Shown here: positions 42,185 to 52,277 of the stretch, one piece after another
Position numbering within the stretch: position 1 is the stretch's first letter
Layout: every line of letters begins with the position of its first letter
Assembly (NCBI GenBank): GCA_035250975.1
Contig: DATFEP010000064.1
Coordinates: forward strand, 32,001 to 96,000
Length of the DNA: 64,000 bases
Source of the DNA: Nitrososphaeraceae archaeon
GTDB taxonomy: Archaea > Thermoproteota > Nitrososphaeria > Nitrososphaerales > Nitrososphaeraceae
Direction of reading: 5' to 3'
Notes under the pieces: generated by a model
Database searches by the model: none
What the model was told of the DNA's origin: nothing
Seen by the model: only the letters and a program-made list of their open reading frames with translations
Translations under genes and position numbers: made by a program

Positions 42185-43723
42185 ATGAAATTTAAGGCTA
42201 AAATACTCGGTATAGAATCTGGGGGAAGACCTGTGATCACTTTGAGTAAGGATGATGCCTATGAGCTCGGAATAAGGAGCGGAGAACGGGTTAAACTTTT
42301 GTACGAAAATAAAGAAATGATTGTAATAGTTAATATTGTTACTAAATCCGTTCCAAAAGGAATTGCAGGGATTTATGATGAGTTGAGAACAATCGGAAAC
42401 ATTAAGGAAAGCAGCGTTCTAGAGATAGAGGTAATTGATTTTCCTCAGTCCATTTATTTTATACAAAACAAATTGAAAAAAAGCAAGTTAAATTACAAGG
42501 AGATTTTTGAGATAATAAAAGATGTTGTAAATGGAAATCTAAATGAATTCGAAATTGCAGCTTTCTTGACTGCACTTGATCATCAGGGATTGGATATTGA
42601 TGAAGCAACTAGCCTCACACTGGCAATGGTAGAGACAGGAAAAAAGTTGGAAATAGCAAATAAGCCAATATGTGATAAGCATTCCATCGGCGGAGTCCCT
42701 GGAGATAAAACCACGCTTCTGGTAGTTCCTATAATTGCTGCGGCAGGATTAACTATTCCAAAGACTTCCTCTCGTGCTATAACTTCCGCTAGCGGAACTG
42801 CAGATAGGGCTGAAATCCTCATGCCAGTTAATCTTACGACTGAGCACATGAAAATGGTAATAGAAAAAACTAATGGGTGTATTGTATGGGGAGGATCTCT
42901 AGAATTAGCACCTGCAGATGATAAATTTATTCAAGTTGAATATCCTCTTTCCATCGATCCTCTGCTACTACCTTCAATCATGGCGAAGAAAAAGGCTGTC
43001 GGAGCAAATTATTTGGTATTAGATATACCTTCTGGACGTGGAACAAAAGTAAAAACAACTGGTGATGCAGATCTAATGGCTAAAGAGTTCATGGAGCTTG
43101 GAAAAAGATTGGAAATAAAAACTCAATCAATAATATCATTTGGTGAACAACCCATAGGTAATACCATTGGACCTGCCTTAGAGGCTCGAGAAGCACTAGA
43201 AGTACTCCAGGGAAGTAAAGTTCCTGACCTTATAGACAAAGCAATAAACATTTGTGGTTTGATATTCAGTATGGCTGGTATAGGAGGAAAGAACCTCGCG
43301 CTAGATATTTTGAAAAGCGGGAAGGCGGAGAAAAAAATGAAGGAGATAATATATAGACAAGGCGGTGATTCAGAGGTCCATATTGAGGATATAAAAATTG
43401 GAGACCATAAGCTAGAAATTCAAGCAGTAAATTCAGGAAATGTTCTGTGGTTGGATAACAATATTATTGTTACGATTGCTCGTTTGGCTGGTGCCCCAAA
43501 GGACAAGGGAGCTGGAATAATTATTCATAAAAAGATAGGACAAAAAGTGAAGAAAGATGATAAACTACTTACAATTTATTCGGAAAAGAAAAATAGGATT
43601 CATAGCGTAGAAAAAATGCTAACCGAAATAAAACCAATTCAGGTGGGTAATAGACACGAAATGATAATTCATACGTTTTTAGATATTCCCGAACCTAAAA
43701 AAACTTTCATTTTGGAACGTTAG
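42185..43723 (+). CDS. AMP phosphorylase (archaeal thymidine-phosphorylase family)
   Basis: N-terminal barrel extension, DKHSIGGVPGDKTT, KTSSRAITSASGTAD, SIMAKK, GAPKDKGAG. Confidence 0.93.
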   Translation: MKFKAKILGIESGGRPVITLSKDDAYELGIRSGERVKLLYENKEMIVIVNIVTKSVPKGIAGIYDELRTIGNIKESSVLEIEVIDFPQSIYFIQNKLKKSKLNYKEIFEIIKDVVNGNLNEFEIAAFLTALDHQGLDIDEATSLTLAMVETGKKLEIANKPICDKHSIGGVPGDKTTLLVVPIIAAAGLTIPKTSSRAITSASGTADRAEILMPVNLTTEHMKMVIEKTNGCIVWGGSLELAPADDKFIQVEYPLSIDPLLLPSIMAKKKAVGANYLVLDIPSGRGTKVKTTGDADLMAKEFMELGKRLEIKTQSIISFGEQPIGNTIGPALEAREALEVLQGSKVPDLIDKAINICGLIFSMAGIGGKNLALDILKSGKAEKKMKEIIYRQGGDSEVHIEDIKIGDHKLEIQAVNSGNVLWLDNNIIVTIARLAGAPKDKGAGIIIHKKIGQKVKKDDKLLTIYSEKKNRIHSVEKMLTEIKPIQVGNRHEMIIHTFLDIPEPKKTFILER

Positions 43724-43790
43724 AAATCAATTGGGCAGGTATATATTATTTATAGTATTTAAAAGCATTGTTACTTCCAACATTCATGTT

Positions 43791-43940
43791 TCAAAGTAAC
43801 CAATCCGAGAGATCCATAAACTCAACTCTCATGAATAGGTTTTTGGAGTAAGCTAATAGCATGGTCGAAATAATTCCCGGTATTAATAACAAAGATAATA
43901 AAGATAATAAAGAATCGTTATGACGATATTTAATGTACAT
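43791..43940 (-). CDS. Possible 49-aa hydrophobic small ORF
   Basis: MYIKYRHNDSLLSLLSLLLIPGIISTMLLAYSKNLFMRVEFMDLSDWLL*, signal/TM-like. Confidence 0.2.
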   Translation of the reverse strand: MYIKYRHNDSLLSLLSLLLIPGIISTMLLAYSKNLFMRVEFMDLSDWLL

Positions 43941-44468
43941 ATATCTAGATTGTGTATTCAAACATTGTTCGGCTTGCGACTTCTCATTATCCTCATTATT
44001 TTATAAATTGGTTAGATGCCTGGTCCCACTATTTTTAGTATGATACCTGTAATACACAAGAAGAGATACTAGCTAATAGAAAATGATTAATCTTTTAATT
44101 CCTACTCTGTTGCATATTTTTGATAATGAAGATAAGAGCTTTACATGAGCAGAATTAGTTACCTTTAGACCCTATCTTTTTTTTTACGTACCTTAAATTA
44201 GAAACCGAATAATCTATTATTTTTTTATAAATGTTAAGATATAACAACTCTACACCAAAAAATATTAGGTTTAAAAAAATTTAAAAGGATGAAAAACATC
44301 ATGAATATGATACCAAAATAATCCTTTCCATCTTGTATTTAAAATAGATACTTGGAAACGCCATTAAAGTACATTTAACAAGAATTGACATTGTGCAGTG
44401 CAGAGCGTATAGCCTCGATATCAGAGTAGGATACAAGTAAATAATTAAAATATGATTATTTTTTATAA

Positions 44469-45155
44469 CTATAGATATAAACCTAAAATATATCCAACTG
44501 TATATGCAACCATAGCAGCCATTCCTCCTATCAACAATGTATAAAACCCCGAACTAATAACTGATTTATTCACGATCCTTCCCTTAATTGAGCCTATTAT
44601 AAAAAAAGATATTCCAGTAAAAATAATAGAATAAATCAACGCGGAATTTGTTGATAAGATGGTAACATTCAGAATATATGATATAACGAAAGGAGCTAAA
44701 GGAACAAAGCCAAGTAAATTAAATGCAACAAAAGTTGTAATGGCAGCATCGAGAGGTTTCTTTGTATCATCTATCAATTCCAGTTCTTCTTTCATCATTG
44801 TATCTAGCCAAATTTTCCTTCTTGAAGTAATTATTTTGACAATGTCTTCTAATAGTGCATCTTTGAACCCTTTCTTTTCATAAATTTCTCTTATCTCTTG
44901 TTTTTCCTGTTCTGCTAAATTATCTATTTCCCACTCTTCTTTTTTTCTTTCTTTTTCAATGTACTCTCTCCTTGTTTTTACAGACAAATAATTACCAATC
45001 GACATTGAAAATCCATCAGCGAACAGATTTGCAAATCCTAAAATGATAATAACGGCAACTGGCAAAGACGCCCCGAAAGCGCCGGTAACTATAGCAAAAG
45101 TAGTAACTGCCCCATCAGTAGCACCGTAAACAAAATCTTCTATAGACCACTTCAC
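44469..45155 (-). CDS. VIT1/CCC1 Fe/Mn transporter
   Basis: YGATDG, ANLFADGFSM, Glu-rich cytosolic loop (EWE, MMKEEL). Confidence 0.92.
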   Translation of the reverse strand: MKWSIEDFVYGATDGAVTTFAIVTGAFGASLPVAVIIILGFANLFADGFSMSIGNYLSVKTRREYIEKERKKEEWEIDNLAEQEKQEIREIYEKKGFKDALLEDIVKIITSRRKIWLDTMMKEELELIDDTKKPLDAAITTFVAFNLLGFVPLAPFVISYILNVTILSTNSALIYSIIFTGISFFIIGSIKGRIVNKSVISSGFYTLLIGGMAAMVAYTVGYILGLYL

Positions 45156-45278
45156 ATCTGATAATACATTGAGACATTTAAAAATATTATAATCCCTTTT
45201 TGTAAAAATAATGCCTTAAATTTCAAAATCTATACTAAACATACAAATACCTTTTTCAATTAAATACAAAAAGATTAC

Positions 45279-46751
45279 ATGTCAACTACAAGTCATCAAG
45301 GTCTTAATGTAACATCAGAACAATTAAAGAAAAAAATGGAAACAGAAGAACCATTAATAATTTTTGATATAGGAGATTTTCAAAGATATCAGTCAAAACA
45401 CATCCCTGGATCTAGTTTTGCTTCCTGTGATGAAGAGTCTAAGAGAAATATAATGCCACGGTTGCCAAAAGATATCGAGATTGTTTTGGTAGGTGACACG
45501 GATGAATATCCAAAAGAAATGGCCAAAACCATGAATTCGATGGGATTAAAAGCAAAATATCTTGAAGGAGGTTTGCAATCTTGGAAATGGGAAATGTCAA
45601 AATCGGAAGAAAAGAACTTGACACCACAAGACCTAAAAAAAATCCTCGATGAGAATACTACTGATACTACAAGAGGTAAGGAAATAATACTTTTAGATGT
45701 AAGGCAACCCCATGAATTTGAAAGTTGGCATATTGAAAACAGTCATAATATACCCCTGGAGAAAATTACATCATCTCTAAATTCTTTTGATAAAAAAAGA
45801 GAGATAGTTACAATTTGTCCAAGGGGAAATAAAGCGATGGTAGCAAAAGCGATTCTACAAAGATATGGATTTACAGCAAGGGCATTGGCTGGCGGTTTAA
45901 GTGCATGGACATCTGCGATTGAAAATCCTTCTACTGAATTTGAAATTATAGATAAAAATGGAAACAAAAAAATGGTAAAAGTTGTTCAAATAAGAAGAAT
46001 AGGAAAGGGATGTTTATCTTATTTTTTATCATTTAAAGACGAGTCCATTGTTATAGATCCTGCATTCCCAGTAGAAAATTATACAGAACTTGCTAAGACA
46101 AGTGAATCGAAAATTATCAAGATTTTTGACACCCATCAACACGCAGATCACATATCTGCAGGAAAATCATTGGCTGATAAAACAGGAGCAGAGTATTATG
46201 TCAGCGATCTAGAGGAATATTCTCAAGAAAGCATGGGATCAAATATTAAGAAGATAAAGCAAGGTGATATTGAAAAGATAGACGAGATAGAAATTAAAAT
46301 ATTAAACACCCCTGGACACACAAATGGTAGTCTCTGTTTTCTAGTAGGTTCAAAACTTTTGTTTACAGGAGATACTCTCTTTGTTGATGGAATAGGTAGA
46401 CCCGATCTTAGAGATAAAGCAGTTGAATATTCAAAATTGCTCTATAACACTCTGCATAACAAGGTCTTGACTTTGGATGAAAATATAGTTGTACTTCCGG
46501 CTCATACACAAAAAAGTATTACTTCAAAAATTTTATTATCAGGATTTTTGAAAGATATAAAAAATAATAATAAAGACTTATTTTTGTTAGGTGAAAAAGA
46601 ATTTGTAGATACTATTGCGTCACTAACAATACCTACTCCCCCCTCGTACAAAGATATAATAGCTATAAATAAATATTTCAAGGCAAAAGATATGGATATT
46701 AGCAAGATTAATGAATTAGAATTTGGTCCTAACAGATGCATTATTAAATGA
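45279..46751 (+). CDS. Rhodanese-rhodanese-metallo-beta-lactamase fusion (persulfide dioxygenase-like)
   Basis: HIPGS, LEGG, LDVR, CPRGN, GCLSY, THQHADH, PGHT, GDTLF, GRPDL, PNRC. Confidence 0.88.
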   Translation: MSTTSHQGLNVTSEQLKKKMETEEPLIIFDIGDFQRYQSKHIPGSSFASCDEESKRNIMPRLPKDIEIVLVGDTDEYPKEMAKTMNSMGLKAKYLEGGLQSWKWEMSKSEEKNLTPQDLKKILDENTTDTTRGKEIILLDVRQPHEFESWHIENSHNIPLEKITSSLNSFDKKREIVTICPRGNKAMVAKAILQRYGFTARALAGGLSAWTSAIENPSTEFEIIDKNGNKKMVKVVQIRRIGKGCLSYFLSFKDESIVIDPAFPVENYTELAKTSESKIIKIFDTHQHADHISAGKSLADKTGAEYYVSDLEEYSQESMGSNIKKIKQGDIEKIDEIEIKILNTPGHTNGSLCFLVGSKLLFTGDTLFVDGIGRPDLRDKAVEYSKLLYNTLHNKVLTLDENIVVLPAHTQKSITSKILLSGFLKDIKNNNKDLFLLGEKEFVDTIASLTIPTPPSYKDIIAINKYFKAKDMDISKINELEFGPNRCIIK

Positions 46752-46769
46752 GGATGTGATAATATACAT

Positions 46770-47168
46770 ATGAAAAATTTTGTTGTTATGTCACTTTGGA
46801 TGATATTCTTATCGTCATCATTAACATCATTATCATTGATAAATGTAAGTGCTCAGACAGAACCTAAAGTAAATGTCATGTATGAATGCGGAACAATGGA
46901 CATTAACACTCAATTAAATGTGAACGGGTTCGAACCGAATAGTAGTGTGTCTTGGAAAGTTATTACTCCTACCGATGAAACAGGTGCGATATTTGGATAC
47001 TTTGATACGAATAGCACTGGAGGATTCAAAGAATTTACTCATCTATCGGAATTAAAGGACGCAGATTATTCAGTTCAATTCTTTGATGATGCTGATAAGG
47101 ATGGCCTTCCAGATAAAGGAAAGAAAATATTTACTGCTAAAATGTCTCCTCCAGTTCCATGTAAATAA
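46770..47168 (+). CDS. Exported hypothetical protein
   Basis: Signal peptide, beta-rich body, terminal Cys pair. Confidence 0.6.
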   Translation: MKNFVVMSLWMIFLSSSLTSLSLINVSAQTEPKVNVMYECGTMDINTQLNVNGFEPNSSVSWKVITPTDETGAIFGYFDTNSTGGFKEFTHLSELKDADYSVQFFDDADKDGLPDKGKKIFTAKMSPPVPCK

Positions 47169-47599
47169 TCTAGATTAAATGGCTAGAAATTTTTTATTAA
47201 TTCATCTAGATTTTGTCAAAATTTGTTTTTTAAAAAGAGATATCAATTATTTCAAAGTTTTTAGAATGAATTAACATAAAAATCTTTATCATAAAATAAA
47301 TAAATAAATTAAAACAATTGAAAGCATCTGAACTGTATAATCGCCAATAAATAAAAAGTGACTGCCGCCAGAAAGGCAACACCTTTGATTAGATTCATTG
47401 CTAAAGACATACATCAAATTTGAAGAATTATCAAAAGAAACTGACACATAGGAAGCATCTAAATTCAAAGGATATAGAAGATACAAAGAAACTATTGACC
47501 TTATTTGCTTGAATACCTTACATCAGCAGCACTTGATTTTTTTCCCCAACAAATTGAAGCCTAGAAGAGATGACAACAAGAGATTTTATTTAGCACATT

Positions 47600-47782
47600 T
47601 TATTTTTTCAGATTAGTTGCCGAAAAGTGATTTGAATGAGTATTAATATGCTCATCACAATAATAATTATTACATTCGGGGCATTGTGATGAAGGTACTT
47701 TCGTACATCCTCTCATTGCACATTTTAATCCATGTAGGGGTCGTCCTCTGGTCTCGTCCCATAAATCAGCTATGGCGCCCAT
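47600..47782 (-). CDS. Small Cys/His zinc-finger protein (AN1/B-box-like)
   Basis: C-x4-C-x7-CxxC-x4-CxxH-x3-H in 60 aa. Confidence 0.7.
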   Translation of the reverse strand: MGAIADLWDETRGRPLHGLKCAMRGCTKVPSSQCPECNNYYCDEHINTHSNHFSATNLKK

Positions 47783-47901
47783 ATAATTAATTAGATACGA
47801 TGCTATTTAAACAAATTTGAATAATAAAGTTAAAACAATTTACGGATCACATATTTTAAAATTTATTAAATTAATTATTTTTTAGGTAAACAATTCTCTT
47901 T

Positions 47902-48396
47902 TTATGTAGACAGTTTATTGTTTGAATTTATTTCGACATTTATTGTCCAGATCATAAATGGATGGATAGCACATATATAACTATAAACTCCTTCACGTTC
48001 GAAGGTATATTCAAATTTGTCTCCCGGAAATAACATGTTTGAATCAAATAGCGAACTAGGTACTGAAATATTTTTCGAGTAATTTGAATTTATATTAGGA
48101 TCGTTATCTGAAACCTCGACAGTGTTAACAGTATGAATTGTGCTATCCTCATTTATCCATTCAACAGTGTCATCAATATGAATATTGGTTGGGTCTGGTA
48201 TAAAATGTGGAACAGTATCGGTGCCTGCACCTTGAGGAATAGTTATAATAACTTTTTGATTCATTGCATAAGAACTAGTAAACAAACTGCAAAAAAAGAA
48301 TAATAATACTAATAAAAGAATAATATTATATGTCATAAGGGAGCATTGAGTACTTATTGTATTATTAACATTTCTCCTAATAAGGACCATGAGCAA
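47902..48396 (-). CDS. Plastocyanin/azurin-like blue copper protein
   Basis: TM/signal, IHTV, YICAIHPFM type-1 Cu ligands; start uncertain. Confidence 0.85.
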   Translation of the reverse strand: MLMVLIRRNVNNTISTQCSLMTYNIILLLVLLFFFCSLFTSSYAMNQKVIITIPQGAGTDTVPHFIPDPTNIHIDDTVEWINEDSTIHTVNTVEVSDNDPNINSNYSKNISVPSSLFDSNMLFPGDKFEYTFEREGVYSYICAIHPFMIWTINVEINSNNKLST

Positions 48397-48678
48397 GAAT
48401 ACACCTCATTAAAAACATCAATTTTAAAGATAATGACAATTTTATCTCGTAATTTCATTTGACAAATTTTAATTTAAAAAGATAAATAGAATAGTCATAA
48501 TATCCCATAACAATTAATCAATTCATTAATTATTTAATACTCTAACGATATTTGCTGTGAACCCCTGTCAGTGATGTGAGTACACATCCACAACGTCACC
48601 ATCTTTCTTTTTTCTATTAAAGCAACTTCATTTGCAAAATTCATAAAAAAATAGTTATTACAGTCATCCGAAAATAAT

Positions 48679-49146
48679 ATGATAATGGAAGATAGCAAAC
48701 ATATTCCTGCCGTAGAAGATATAATGACTCCAATGCCACTAGAAGTAATTAACCTTTCTGACGACGTATATATCGCATCAAAATTAATGAAGGAAAAGCA
48801 AATCAGTTCGATCATTGTTACAGACGAAGAAAAGCATCCAATTGGCATAATAACTGAACGTGACATAGTAAGACGGGTTGTATGCAATAAGAAAATTGCA
48901 TCAAATACATCTGTAGACTCAATTATGTCAAAACCATTGGTAACCGTTGAATCTAAAGCTAATATTGACGAAGCAGTAGCTATCATGATAAAAAACAAAA
49001 TTAGGAGACTGCCTATTGTTAAGGATGGTCATTTATATGGTATTATAACTACAACCGATTTGATTAGATATATGTTTCAGAAATATGTTACCGATAAGGA
49101 AATTTTGAAATCCCTATTAAGGTATAAGAAATACTGGGAAGAATAA
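48679..49146 (+). CDS. Stand-alone CBS-pair protein
   Basis: GIITERDIV, IRRLPIV, GIITTTD; paralog of 13038-13493. Confidence 0.9.
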   Translation: MIMEDSKHIPAVEDIMTPMPLEVINLSDDVYIASKLMKEKQISSIIVTDEEKHPIGIITERDIVRRVVCNKKIASNTSVDSIMSKPLVTVESKANIDEAVAIMIKNKIRRLPIVKDGHLYGIITTTDLIRYMFQKYVTDKEILKSLLRYKKYWEE

Positions 49147-49597
49147 TGAGAATTTAGTAAATTTTAAAACCTTTTTTTGGTGGTGTAGAAATCGATATTG
49201 CTATGAATTTCCATGTTACCATAATTATTTGCCTAACTCTCAAATTTTGCCCGTCGAAATTGAGAATTTTGTGCAAAATAATATATTAAGAAATAAACCA
49301 ATAAAATGAATTCCTAATATTCTGTAATAATTAACAAATAGTATAGTTGTTTTTATGCATATATTTTAGTGGATCTTTTGTAATATCTTAATTGCTTTTT
49401 CATTTATTTAAATCAGGTCTTTTACCATAAGTTTCTAAATCGAGAAAATAAGTAATAGTGTTTAATATGTAGGCAAACTTTAAATTTAAATTTTCATAAT
49501 CATAATTTTCTAAAATGAAGAAAATGTATTAGAATAATATTAAAAATTGGAGATATTTAATAAGCTTTTTTTATCAAACAAAAAATCCTAAAATAGA

Positions 49598-50644
49598 ATG
49601 AGGATCAATACTTGTTTAATGCACGATGGATCTTTTTTAATAAAACATTGCAGAATAGTTTCAGTGTTTCTTATATTATTTTCGATGCTTTTGAGTCAGA
49701 TAATAATTGAAGAGTCATCCGCTGTTTCAAACCAAGTAGGTATTAAACAGATAACTTTAATTGCATATGAAAAGGTTCTACAAATAGCTCCAGATAATCA
49801 GTTCCATCCCGGTGGTATACTATATGAGGCGATGACATACAATGGCACTATTCCAGGTCCGACAATTGAATTAAACCAAGGCGACATTTTAAATCTAACT
49901 CTAAAGAACGCAGGTGATATAGTTCATAGCATTGATTTACACGGTATAAGCGGACCCAGCCAAGCAATATCTGGATCCTTAAAACCTGGTGAGAGTAAAA
50001 CTTGGCAAATTACGGCTGAAAACCCAGGAGTTTTTCTTTACCACTGTGATGGTGACAATCTAAATGGCATATGGGAACATATTTCAGGTGGTATGTATGG
50101 TGGTTTGGTAATACATCCTCCACAAGAAAAACCAGCAAAAGAATTTTTTATCGCATTTAACGAAATCTACAATAATAAAGATCTAGGTTTGTTTGTTGGA
50201 AATAATAATATAGTCGGATCATTTGATTTGACTAAATTCCTAAATAATCAGCCTGATTTGATCCTAACTAATGGGATGGCATTTAAATATTTTTCACTAA
50301 TGGGAACAATTGTTAAAATACAGTTAAATGAAAATGCAGATATGTTTAAAGTAAAAACAGGAGAATTAACTAGATGGCATATTATTAACGCAGGCCCCAG
50401 AAACGAAATTACTTTTAATTTTGCCGGCGGAATGATAGATAAAATTAATAATAATTTTAACGGATCAGTTATTAAAAATACAGTTCCTCGAAATTACGAG
50501 GTTTCTATTCCACCCGGAGGAGGAAAAATGATAGAGACAACGTTTCCAGAAGATGGCATCTATTTTGGAAACGATCATGACATGGGAAATTTGTTAAAAG
50601 GTGTAGGGTTTATAGTTTCTGCAGAAAAAAATGAGATGAAGTAA
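49598..50644 (+). CDS. Two-domain multicopper oxidase, NirK-like
   Basis: Signal peptide, NGTIPGP, HSIDLHG, YHC-x10-H-x4-M, NAGP, NDH. Confidence 0.82.
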   Translation: MRINTCLMHDGSFLIKHCRIVSVFLILFSMLLSQIIIEESSAVSNQVGIKQITLIAYEKVLQIAPDNQFHPGGILYEAMTYNGTIPGPTIELNQGDILNLTLKNAGDIVHSIDLHGISGPSQAISGSLKPGESKTWQITAENPGVFLYHCDGDNLNGIWEHISGGMYGGLVIHPPQEKPAKEFFIAFNEIYNNKDLGLFVGNNNIVGSFDLTKFLNNQPDLILTNGMAFKYFSLMGTIVKIQLNENADMFKVKTGELTRWHIINAGPRNEITFNFAGGMIDKINNNFNGSVIKNTVPRNYEVSIPPGGGKMIETTFPEDGIYFGNDHDMGNLLKGVGFIVSAEKNEMK

Positions 50645-50896
50645 ACGCTGAAAATCACTACAATTCGTTTAAAGATAGAAAAAGACCATGTTGATTAGCT
50701 AGTTCTGTTGACTATTAGATCGATTTCCAATGATGTGTTCTAAAACGATCAAAAAGAAGTTTTTAGAAAATTTTTCTGTTACTAGATTTCACAACATAAA
50801 TAGATCCCATATTAAAATTTGATAATAAAAATCAATTCACTTTTATCATAAATTAGCAAACAATAACTTAAATATCTATTCATAAGATCGTTATAA

Positions 50897-51499
50897 ATGC
50901 AAAATGAAAATAACAAAAATGAAAAAATAAACGTTGTAGGAATAAAGGTTTTGGAACAAAATGGAATTAATATAGATGAAATAACGAAATTATTGGTATA
51001 TAACGCCTCAGTAGAATTTGCGGCTTATTACTATTTTACTAATTTAAGGATGCATTGTACAGGACAAGACGGAGAAAGTATTAAAGGAGTTATAGAGGAT
51101 GCAAGATTAGAAGATTTAAGTCATTTTGAATCATCTTTGTCGAGAATATATGAATTGGGGGCAATACTACCTATTGATGCCCAAGATTTCATAAGGATGT
51201 CGGGTTGTGAATTCCTTCAACTCCCTTCGCCTAACAAAACAGATTTAAAAGAAATACTACAAAAATGTTTAAAAGCGGAGCAAGGAGCTATAGTAAATTG
51301 GAATAAGTTATGTAACCTAACTAATGGTAAAGATCCTGCAACTTACGACATAGCCAAGGATATTCTACGAGAAGAGATTGAACATGAATCTTGGTTTTTA
51401 GAGTTACTGTATGCAAGACCATCAGGACATATGAGAAGGAAGTTTCCTGGAGAACGTCCTCACACGCATAAACACTCTAGATCATTAAATCTAGTATAA
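50897..51499 (+). CDS. dpsL: Dps-like ferritin-superfamily protein (DpsL)
   Basis: EFAAYYY, EDARLEDLSHFE, RIYELG, GKDPATY, EEIEHE, SGH. Confidence 0.88.
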   Translation: MQNENNKNEKINVVGIKVLEQNGINIDEITKLLVYNASVEFAAYYYFTNLRMHCTGQDGESIKGVIEDARLEDLSHFESSLSRIYELGAILPIDAQDFIRMSGCEFLQLPSPNKTDLKEILQKCLKAEQGAIVNWNKLCNLTNGKDPATYDIAKDILREEIEHESWFLELLYARPSGHMRRKFPGERPHTHKHSRSLNLV

Positions 51500-51794
51500 T
51501 GAGATAGCCGTAACACATCACAAGATAATTATTACTTTTTTTATTAATTGTCATTTTTATCTACGTTGCTTGAGACAATAACTATTAACTTTTTATATTA
51601 AAGACACATATATTGAAATGAGTTCACAAAAATTAAAAATATATTTTAGTATACACAATAATGAAAATATGTAAGACAGATTCAGTTTCAAGCCCTCCGA
51701 GCCTGTATACTAGTAGGGTTCAATAACATTTTTTTAACTTGGAATTTAGCATGCTTATAGCAACATTAACAGTTTCTTTAATATAGATGCGAAT

Positions 51795-51974
51795 CTATGC
51801 TAATGAAGTATCTACTCTCAATCCATCCAAAGAAAATTCTGAACCAATAAGTTCTAACCTAAAAAGAGATTGAATATTATTTTCACCAATTTTTTGAATA
51901 CCCTTTTCTAAATCAAAATATACTTCATTTATTTGCGATAACCTGTTTTCTGTTTTTAGATTGAAAAGTATCAT
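51795..51974 (-). pseudogene. 5' fragment of a NucS/DUF91-like PD-(D/E)XK nuclease-domain gene
   Basis: MILFNLKTENRLSQINEVYFDLEKGIQKIGENNIQSLFRLELIGSEFSLDGLRVDT resembles the F-x-LE-x-x-IQ...SEF...RIDT N-terminus and then stops. Confidence 0.5.
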
Positions 51975-52277
51975 ATACTAAAGAATTATTTGTGTATTTT
52001 TTAACCATTTCTACAGGATGAGGTTTGTTATATTTCAATTACAAACAAACAAGAATCAAAATATTTATTTCAAATTATAGATTGATTTACTTCAAAGAAT
52101 CTCAACTTGCCAGGATAAGGAACATATAAATAACTGAATACAATTGTTTATTTTTATTTTTGTGGCTTCTTTGATATTCTTATTGAAATGTTCTTGTGAT
52201 CTTATAATATGATTATCGATTTCCTGGAAGTATTGAATCATGTTTATTGACAGAATAATGAAGGAGAATTATCATCT

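Noticed and set aside
49598-50644. Naming the copper oxidase nirK
   Set aside because: Catalytic His appears replaced, so the symbol is not justified
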